Shown here: positions 27,154 through 37,400 of the stretch, one piece after another
Layout: each line of letters opens with the position of its first letter
Numbering within the stretch: the stretch's first letter is position 1
Source of the DNA: a virus
Lineage: Duplodnaviria > Caudoviricetes
DNA: 64,000 nt
Virus record (IMG/VR): IMGVR_UViG_2974719393_000001
Coordinates: 1-64,000 of that record
Strand: one strand, 5' to 3'
Made by a program: the position numbers and the translations under genes
The notes under the pieces: generated by a model
Told to the model about the DNA's origin: nothing
Database searches by the model: none
Seen by the model: only the letters and a program-made list of their open reading frames with translations

Positions 27154-27548
27154 TGGCGGTAACTATTGTGTCACCCTTGCGGGTGGCACAATCCAAATCT
27201 AAAGACTTCATTCTCAACATGAACGTCTATCGTAATGCCCACTACAGAACCCTGCATAGCACAAAGAAGGAATACGAATCGGTGATGGAAAATCAGATTC
27301 GATTCAAAGTTCCCCTTATGACAAAAGTCTCAGTGACATACGTGGTCTACCCACAGACCAGACGTAAGTGTGACCTCATGAATGTGGTCTCAATCCATTC
27401 CAAATATTTCCTTGATACTCTGGTTAAGCTCGGAAAGCTACCTGACGACAGCTACGACCATGTCATTAAAGAGTCCACTGCTTTTGGCGGTGTTGACAAA
27501 GACAACCCCAGAGTGGAAATCATCGTAGAGGACCTATCATGGCTCTAA
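27153..27548 (+). CDS. RusA-like Holliday junction resolvase
   Basis: 'RRKCDLMN....K...DTLV..G.LPDDS....DKDNPRVEI'. Confidence 0.8.
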   Translation: MAVTIVSPLRVAQSKSKDFILNMNVYRNAHYRTLHSTKKEYESVMENQIRFKVPLMTKVSVTYVVYPQTRRKCDLMNVVSIHSKYFLDTLVKLGKLPDDSYDHVIKESTAFGGVDKDNPRVEIIVEDLSWL

Positions 27549-28090
27549 AAGTAAAAGTTAAAAAGACAGTCACTCTTGACATCGATATCGACCAAGTTGG
27601 CCTAGAAAAGCTAGTACGCGACCACATTGCTGCAGAAGACCCGAACATCGTGGTTAAAGCAGTCAAGTTCGTAGCTACTCGTAAACCAGCTGGTGTAGTA
27701 GTAGAAGTTGAAGCGGAGTACCGTGATGACGACGAAGCTGACGACGTTAAAGCTGACGTGTGCAAAGGCTGCGGCGAAGCTGTATGCGAATGTAAGTCCG
27801 ACACAGGCGAAGCGGAAAAGGAAGAAGATGCTCCAGACCCAGAGCCAGAAGCGGAAGAACAGCTGGAGCTAGAAGAGACAGAACCAGAAGCTACTTCGGA
27901 AGAATCTTTTGAAGACAGCGAAATGGATTTGATTGATGAAACTCTAGCGGAGCATGCCGATGAAGAAGACGCAGCAGCCATGGACTTGCCTGACGTTGAC
28001 ACCGACCTACCAGATGGTATGGACGACTTACCTGACGTGGACGCTGAGCCAGCACCAAAGAAACGTAAGTCCTTGTTTAATAAGGACTAG
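27539..28090 (+). CDS. acidic hypothetical protein (N4 gp46-like position)
   Basis: GAGG SD; acidic low-complexity tail ending KSLFNKD. Confidence 0.75.
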   Translation: MALKVKVKKTVTLDIDIDQVGLEKLVRDHIAAEDPNIVVKAVKFVATRKPAGVVVEVEAEYRDDDEADDVKADVCKGCGEAVCECKSDTGEAEKEEDAPDPEPEAEEQLELEETEPEATSEESFEDSEMDLIDETLAEHADEEDAAAMDLPDVDTDLPDGMDDLPDVDAEPAPKKRKSLFNKD

Positions 28091-28093
28091 TGC

Positions 28094-28423
28094 ATGAATG
28101 ATTTTGCTAATAGTACGGCAGGGGCTGCTAAAGTGTAGGGTTCAGTAGATGCAAAAGCTGTACGTGGTACACGTAGCGTAGCCGAGATGATTATTCACTC
28201 GGAAGGCAACCTTGTAGATTTGCGCCGTCATAACGACATGCTTCGTTTTATGATTCGCCAACTCGACGGGTCAGCTGAAGAAGAACAACCATTATGCGGT
28301 GATTCAACAGCATGTGGTTGGAACCCTCGTCTAGACGACGTTACGACGCAGACCAGCCAAGAGTTAGCAACGCAGGCGATGCTTACGCACCGCCTGGCTG
28401 AGCTAATGGGCCTAGAAGTTTAG
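28094..28423 (+). CDS. hypothetical protein; N-terminal extension interrupted by in-frame TAG at 28136-28138
   Basis: AAGGA SD before ATG 28094, in frame with ORF 28187-28423, which has no clear SD. Confidence 0.5.
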
Positions 28424-31400
28424 GTAGCGAAGTCATATACCTGAACAATAGGTAGCGACTCAACACCCATCTCTGCGTACTGGAAGAAGCCCAACTTGTT
28501 CGTAATTGAATTGAACAGGAAGAAGGCATCAAAGTACGTGGAGATGTCAACTCCAGTAAGATTAGTGAGAGCCAAGTATTCGAATACACGACGCGGATTG
28601 CGGATAGTGTTTCGGATGATGACATTCTGAATACGGAAGAAGTATTTGAAGAACCATAGCTGACCCACATCCCCAAGGTACTGTAAGTACTTGTTAGCCG
28701 GTAAGTCATAGTTTACAAATGCGTCTACCACATCATCAATGTCATTGGCTGTCACTTCACCTTTCGTATCAGTGCGGTATTTCAGCGCTGCATAACGAGA
28801 GGAGAAATCACCCAGCTGTGTGAACATGTACAAGCTGCGGTACACCTCAGAATCTTTATTGACTAGTAGAGCGTTAGTCGCGCTACGCGCACCTTTCGGT
28901 AGGCGGTTAGTCAAACCAGACACTTTATTCTGCATCTTGTTCATGTAGCTGAATGGGTTAGTGTCTTCCTCCACATCCTCAACAATCGCTGTTAACAAAC
29001 CATGGTCAATCAAATGACGTGCAGGGTTTTTAGCCAGCTCCTCTTGCAGTTCCACAATGCGAGATTCAATCACCTTCACTTTACGAACGTCCGGTTCAAT
29101 ATCCTTCTCAAACTGTAAACGACGAATCTTAGACTGAGCTTCCTGATAACGACGAGCCTCAGAGATACCCTCAATCTGATACTTGATTGCTGTACGCAAT
29201 GGCATATCTTCTTGAAGAACCAGCTGCACTGTGTTCGAAATCATGTTACCCAGCATTACACGTAGGCCACGGATTACGATAAGGTCCTTGATTGTATGGC
29301 TTACTTCACTCAAGAACTTCTCACCATGCAATACTGCTTGAATCATTGGCTTCTCAAGTCGGTAGTTAATTGTTAACGCACGACCCAACTGAGCAACCCA
29401 CATACTACGGTCATCATCCTCAGTGTGCTTACGCAGAACGTTAGCGATACTCGCCTTACGGTAACCGTAAACCGTATCAAACAACGCAGAGTCTACGAAT
29501 GCAGCCTCGCCCCACACACGACGTAAATCTTGGCGTGCTTCCGGTGGCATCATTCGGTACGCTTCGCGACCTCTTTTCGTTGGTGCATCCTTGCTCACTT
29601 CAATGAAGCGGCTAGTAGTACCACGAACTTTTGCAACATCGTATGCCTCTTTCAGACGTTTATTAATCTCATTATTGAAATTCACAGTACCTTCAGCCTC
29701 TACAGTACGACCAAATGATTGACTTAAAATATCAATGAAATTCGTATCACGCCCTAGGATGTTCTCGCGCTCCGCACGGCTTACTACATACTGGAATCCA
29801 GTTACTGCACCATGTGCATTTAGTACCGGCACAAGATGATTGGTCAGTTGTGTAGACGTGTTAGAGTTCGCGAACATCGCCTCCATTGCCAAACGCTTCT
29901 GTGCTTTAGTCACTTTCGTGTACTTCTGCATAGTAGAGTAATCATCATAACCATTGAATGTAGTACGGCCATCTAGGTTCTTAATACCAGACTGTGCCGC
30001 GTTAATAGTAGAGTACAGACCTTGTTGGTATTCGCCCAAACCACCAGTGCTTGAAGACACTAGGTATAGTTCATCTGGGTTACCATCGTACAAGTCTTTT
30101 TGTACTCGACGCACCAAGCTGTAGTTCGAAGAAGTCAACTTATTTAGGTCGCTCTTTCGTACCATTTTTAGGTCTTTAAATGAGTCATATACCTCGTTAA
30201 AGCCACCTTTCAAAGTAAGGAACTCATTGCCTTCGTAACGATGGTCAATCATGTCCTGTTTGTAAATCGACAGCATTGTCTCAAGCGCAGCGTATGTTTC
30301 TGGTTTCTCCAGTACACGTGCGGCTGCATCTTTGTCTACTTTAGACTGATGCTTGAGAGCAACTAGCGTAGCTAGTTGGTCGATAAGCGGTGTTACTTCC
30401 GATGGGATGTAATCCTGGCTGTTATGGCCAACATGCTGAACCGCAATAGCATGCGCATTCGGTAGAGTGAACTGCTCACTGGCCTGACCAGTAGCAATCA
30501 GTGTACCTAGCGATAGCGCCGAACGGATGTGGAAGTTGCTGTACGTACCAGACTTACCAGCGATTAGGTCTTTCAATACCTCGATGGTTTCATCTAGTTT
30601 CTGCTCATCACGCAATAGCGCCAGTACATCTTGTTGGTCAAGGTGTTCTGATTCCATGATGGCACGTAGGTCTGAATCCAACAGAGTACGAGTAAGGGCC
30701 TTGTTTTGTGCATCTGTCAGGTCTTGCTTGAAGATGTCACGCAGAACCTGTTTCACAGCCTTAGTCTTACCATCACGAGCACCAGCGATAGCACGAGTCT
30801 TACCGATGGATAGACGACGGAACTCTTTGTTACGTTCATTCGTTGGAAGCATCTCTTCAACCATGCGTGGCAACCAAGCCATGATGCCATGAGACAATGA
30901 CAAGTGAAGTTCATTCAGTGAGTCATATTGACCAGAAGTGAATGCACGCTTCACGCCACCACCTACGGTGGTGAACGCTCGCTTGATAGCGCGGGCCACA
31001 GCATTTTGGAAAATACCGGTCATACCTTTCTCGAATGCCTTCTTATACAGACCATAACCGTAATCCAGTTTCTGGAATGCACGCTCAGCTTTACGCTCTA
31101 AACCAGACTTACCAACTTGGTCAGCAACTGCCATGCGTTTAGATAGGCGGTCAACACGGTCTTTGTAATTACGCAAACCTTTTGTACCAGTATAACGGTC
31201 AATGGCAACTTTCTTGAACAGGTCAACACCTGCTTCGATTGCACGAACATCAATGTCTTTCACACCTTTGTTCTTGCCAGGGCGACGATTGTAAGCCTTG
31301 TTTAACGCTTGGCGCATAGTAGGGTTTACACGAGCCAGTGCAATAAACGATGCCAAGTACTCCGAGCGGTTGTACGTATTTTCAATACCAGCGGTAGTAG

Positions 31401-34400
31401 TATCAACTTGCTGCTTAGGTGAACCATGTTGAATGAAGACTGAGTCATATTGAGCTTGACCGTTAGGGCCAAAATCTTCTGGCTTCAAGACCACTTTAGC
31501 GTTCTTGTACAGGTCAGCGATTTCTTTCGCGTACTTGTTATTGTCCGATAGAGCCTCGACCATCATTGCACGGTACAACTGGAACGTGTGTTCTTCGACA
31601 GGCGACATATTGAATGAGCCCTTGAAGTTGTCCACACGAATGTCAGCACCAGCGTCCTTCAACTCATTCAAGCGTTCAGCAGTGTTGGCATGTGAGTTCA
31701 GGAAGTCATACTTCGCATTCTCCATAGCCGGTAAGATTTCACTCACGAACACCTCTTGAACCTGAGCAAAGTCTTTTTGGTTCATAGTAGAGATAGCAGC
31801 CAAGTCCTCGAAAGTCTTAGACGCTTCTTGGTTGTTGATGTTCGCATAGTCCTCTTGGAGTGACTTGCCTTTCTGACCGCGATTCGGTGCCTGAGCCTTA
31901 GGAGCCAATTCAGCAGCTGTAGTGAATAGGAAACTGAAAATTGAGTCTTCTTGGATTCGGTTACCACCTAGAGTCCAACGACGGATTAGTCGGCGAATGA
32001 AGTTCCAGATACGACCAAACAGACCACGAGGGTTGGATTCAGATTTAGCCTGAGCCAACTCAGTCATGATGTGGTAGTTAGTCAGTGCCCATGATAGGAA
32101 TTCGCGGGTATTGATAGAACCGTCTTTACGTACCCAAGGGATATGACGGTTGATACCATCTGTAACTGCACCATCTGGAGTGAAGCGCGTAACTAGGGCC
32201 TGGTTTTTCTCCAGGAACTCTTTAGCTTCTACAGCCAATGCTTCTAGGTCTTCAGCATAACGCTTACTCTTACGACCAGAGTGAACCAATGCAATATCAA
32301 GTGCCGAGTGAACTAGTTCGTGGAACAGAGTTTCTACGTTAGCACCTGCCTTGTCTTGATTTAGGAAGATGGTGTTATCTTTGTAACGGTATGCACCCTT
32401 ATGTTGACCACCAACTTCTTGTTCCATACCAGCATTGTCTACCACGCGGATAACAGGAAGGCTGCCAATTGCCTCGAATGCAGGCAATAGCACTTGGTCA
32501 ATCAGACCTTCCTGTAGGAATGTCGCGTATTCACTGTTCTCTACACCAGCCTGTTTAATCAGGTTTAACAGACGTGTTTTAGTACCACGCTTATTAAAGC
32601 TATGATGGCGATTCCAGTTGCGAGTAACAAATCCAGCCAAAGTAACGCTGTTAGGCAATTTAGCATTAATTTCAGCATCCATCGGGTTGTTGCTTTCCAC
32701 TTTTTCATAATAATCCTTATCAGGGTTTAGTGGATTCAACTCCTCGAATGCGTCTTTAACAGTGCCATCATTAGAGATAACTGTTGTCTTATCGTTAACA
32801 GCACCAAACTGGTCAACGGCCAAGTCTTGGTCGCTAAGTGCAGCGTGCTTGCGAATACCATCGGCGATAACGGTTGCTTCCTCTTGAACCAAGTGGAACA
32901 TTGAGGAGACAAAACCTTCGTCCATACGACGGTCTTCTTTGATGCGCATAGCATCCATTAACTCTTCGTAGTACTTAGGTGTTAACGAGTTAATACCACC
33001 ATCTACTACTGCTGTGTAGTTCTCTAGAATTTTCGAGAATGTGTCATTATTGCGTAGGGATTTCATGTAAGAAGCGTTTGCAGCCTGAGCCAAAACATCC
33101 ATACGTAAGCCGTTTATCAACACACCGTCGAACACTGTCATGAAGCCTTCGTTCAGTTGTTCCATGATTCCAAAAATCGTAGAAGCATCCGCCACCGAAA
33201 TGGTAGAAGCAGCTACACCACCAGCACCTACATCCGTGATTTCCTGTCCAGTTACGAACAGAGGAGCAGTAGCATCACCCGCTTTGAGGGCATACTTACT
33301 GATTTGCTCCTTACCACGTGGTGCAGAATCATAGTTGTATAACGGAATTGCGTCTGACATGTCCTCGGCTGTATGCATGTCCAACTTCAAATTTGGTAGT
33401 TGGTCACCTAGCTCTAAGTAGATTTTTTCCAAATCTTTTACAGGCAATTCTTCAAATCGAGAAATTTCCAATTCAGCACGTCGAGCCTCGATAGCATTCT
33501 CAATGCGTTGGCGAGCAAACACTGCACCAACTGAAGTCATGCGTGAAACCATAGTTGCTTGCGCAACTGCTGACTCATACACACCTTTAATACCATCAAG
33601 TTTTGCGCGACCATAAGAAAAGTCTTCTCGCATATTGTCAGTCAACATAGCTTGAATATCCACAGATAATTCGAAGTTAATCAATTTTTCTGGGGTATCC
33701 ATCTGACTCATTAAGTTATTGTAGACCTTAGTAACTTCTGCTTGCCACTCTCCAGTGGTCTTACGCTCATTACGCTTCTGGCCTTTAGACGATGCTGCAG
33801 CTTGAGCCAGTGTCCATACTAGACGCTCTTGGCCCATGCTTGATGTACCATCAATTACTTTCTGCAGTTCACCATAGAAGTTAGCCATAATCTCACCAAC
33901 CTCTGCACGCAATAGCGATGCGTCACCAGCGTTGTAGAACAGCTTAGTGATAAGAGACTTGGTTTCATTACGGTTAACTTTCAAACCGCCCTTTAGTGAT
34001 ACCAGTTTAGGGTTCATAGCTTTCAGGGTAGTTTGGGCACCTAGAATCAAACGCTCAGCTTCCATACCTTCATCTTTCAGTACTTGACTGGTTTGAGTCA
34101 GGCTTTCCTGTACTGCTTGAGCACCTTCTTCGTATAGACCATCTGCTTTATCTTCATAACGTTCAGCTGCTGTACGTTGGTCTTGTGCCGCGATAGTGAT
34201 ACCGGCACGACGTAGGTAAGCATCAAAATCCATGTCTGCAGTAAGTGACTGTAGGATTGCAGTGATAGGACCATTATTCACACCATCTAGCTCGATAGGC
34301 ATAACCACCTGCATAGAGGTCTGTTCTGCTTCTAGAGCATTACGGTAACGAGCGTACTCACGTAGAGCCAACAGCGTATGCATGTTTTCTTCACTTGCAG

Positions 34401-37400
34401 CGAAATCAACAATCTCATCCATCTGGTCTTCAGATAGCGCATCGCCGTTCTCAAACTTCTGCATCAAACCCACGACCATAGCGTTCTCTTCGACCAGTGC
34501 GTCTAGTTTACTGATAGAGGTCGCTGATGATAGTTTATCGGCAGAGATGCCCATACCTTGAGCCACTGAAACCAAGAACGCTACTTTCTGGCCGGCATCT
34601 GTCATATCGAATGTTTGCTCACCGTGGTGTGCAGCGAAACGATGCATAGCTTTAGATGACTGGTAGTTGAACGTCTGAGAGTCAACGAACTGACGTTGGT
34701 AAGCTGAGTTGAAGAAGTTCGCAAAGAATGGGACATCTGAAACGCTGCCGTAACCAAACTGGTCAGCTTCACCTTGCATGTCAACTAGGAAGTTGTTCCA
34801 ACCGTCTAAGTCTGCTTGGATAGTCTGATTCTTACCTTCACGAGTTAGCGCCACTACTTTGTTAGTGGTGTCTTTATCGTAAGCTTTCCAACCAGCAACA
34901 CGCATAATACGTTGGTCACCAAAAATTTCTTTGATGCGCATGATGCCTTTGTCTAGGAACAATTTCTGTTCAGACTGTTTATCCTGTGCAGCTTTCTGAT
35001 TCTTATTAAGCTTTTTGTGTTGGTAGCCTTTAATCTTACCTTCGTTCTTACGAGGTGTAGACATAGCAGGAACACGTTTAGTGTAATCAGTACCGAACAC
35101 TTTAGAGAAACCAGTAGACGCACCTTTAACATTGTTCAGGTACTGTTCTACTGACATACCGCCAATAGTAGCCTCTGGGTCAATGTAGAAAGTCTCGATG
35201 TAATTACCTTGGGTAGTGTCGTCATAGACTTTATAGCCTTTGCCTTTCCACTCGTACACAATACCGTTGTATGAGATGTACTTACCCATGTTCTTATTAC
35301 CTGGCCATGATTCCACATCCCATGTAGCTTTGAACTTCTGTTTCGCTTGCTGAGCTTTTAGCTTCTCGATAACAGCTTGGTTATCGTACTCAGCGCCAGC
35401 CCATGCCAGTTTATTCACAGATACGCGCTTACCGGTAATGATGCCCATGTCACGTAGCGCATTGAACAGGATATTACCCATTGCAGAAATATGGCGAGGG
35501 CGGGTATTAGCGTGAGCACCACTGAACTTAACACCAGCAATGTTCATTGCGTTGGTGCCGAGTGACTCAACTAGGTTGGCTTTCGTATCACCGATGCCAG
35601 TTTCCATAGCCAGTTGCATTAGCTTGTGAGGAACTTCAGCTTTCGAATCCAAGTTACCAAATGCCTGTACTTGAGATGTAACGATTCGACGCTCAACAGC
35701 AGCGTTGTTCATTACAAAGTCAGTAGCTGCAAGCATGCCGCCTTTAAGCAGGAAGGTAACCATCTGACCTGTGGCGTCAGCAAAGTTTGAAGCATACTCA
35801 GTATTGAACTTCGCATACTCAGGATTCTTCATCTTAGCCATTTGCTTAACAAACTGTGCTTGAATAGGGCCCACGAATGTAGCCTTACCGTGCTCATAGA
35901 TTTTGGCAACCAAGGTAGCCTTATCAGCTGGAAGCTGTTGTTGGATACCACGACCAAAAACTAGTTGACGAGTCAGAGCTGTATCAGAAGCGAAGCTTTC
36001 AACCTTGGCTTCTTCTTTGAACTCGTTCTTCGCACGATATACAGCATCTGCATCTGTTTCATCTGCCAAGAAGTAACGGTCAGACATCGCATCCATTTGC
36101 TCTTGACCAATACCTTTGGTTTTAAGCTGCTTACCGAAGTCTTTATCAGCAATGGCTTGACGAATTAGCTCCAGAGCCTTCGTGTAGTGCTTCTCATCGA
36201 TAGATGAATCCAATGGCTCTACAAGTACACCGTCACGCTCTTTGTACGCGATAGCCTTACCTAGCTCACGGATAGCACGTTTTACACCTGGAGACTGAGT
36301 ACTGTTTGCTGCTCGCGCAACCACATCACCAGATTCTGGGAGGGAAGAAATGTTAAAAACTTCTGAAGATGTAGCTTCAGAGTCTGATGAGCGCAGCGAG
36401 TCAGAGTCTGGAGATACAACGCCAGAATTTTTAACATTTCTTTCCGAGCCCACTAGAACGTTATCTAGTTCTTGCTCAACTGCTTTGGTGTTTGCTGCGT
36501 ACTGAGGTTCAACGGTTCCGTCACTGTCCACTTCGATATCGCTATCCCCGTCAACAGATTCACTAGTCTCATCCTGTACAGCATCAGTGTTATCTGATTC
36601 GATGTCTTCATCTACTTCAGGCTCCGTTACGTAACCACCGATTAAACCATCGATAGTAGCTTGTGCTTGTTCGAAGTTACCACCGTACACTTCCACTGCA
36701 TCATCCAGAATAGATTGCAGTACATCACGGTCAGTAGTCATTTTGTCTAATAGCAAGTCAGTACGCTTGTCACCAGAGGCAAACATAGGTTGGCCATTCA
36801 ATGACTCGTACGGGATGCCGACACCGGCTTCTTCGCTTTCTTCAGTGCGCAGTACTTCAACCGAGCGTCCAAGTTGTTTTGCTTTACGCTGCGCTGTGGT
36901 GAAATCTTTAACTTTTTCGTCGATGTAACCCGAAAAGCGAGCCAACTCCACAAGCTGAATAGAAGCATTAGCTTCATCGCCGGCTTCCATAGCTGAAGCG
37001 ATTTTAGAAATGTAGTAAGCACCGCCGCGCCAATCGCTGTCACCAACGATAATATTGTCAGTAACTTCAGCAGAAGTCTTTGCAGCTTCCTTGATAAGCG
37101 TAAGCGTTTTGACTTGTTCGTCAGTGGCACCTTTTGCCACAGCAGTGTCAATTGCTTTTTGATAGTCGTTTTCATTTAACTCACCATCTTCATCTAGGCT
37201 GATTTGGTACGCCACTTCACCTAGGTACTCATCAACTGATTGTTCTTCTGGTGATTCAGTGAATACAGACTTATCTACCTTCTGACTCTGAATGTCGGCA
37301 CCACGAGTTTGCAGAGAGTTCACTTTCTTCTCTTGCTCACGAATAGCCGCTTCCGGGATACCCGGGGTCTTGCGCATTAAGTCCAGGATGCCCTGTTCTT

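Noticed and set aside
27520-28002. Ser-rich antisense ORFs (also 47086-47478, 37487-37963 and 58071-58406)
   Set aside because: Shadow frames of acidic or Ala-rich coding sequence on the opposite strand
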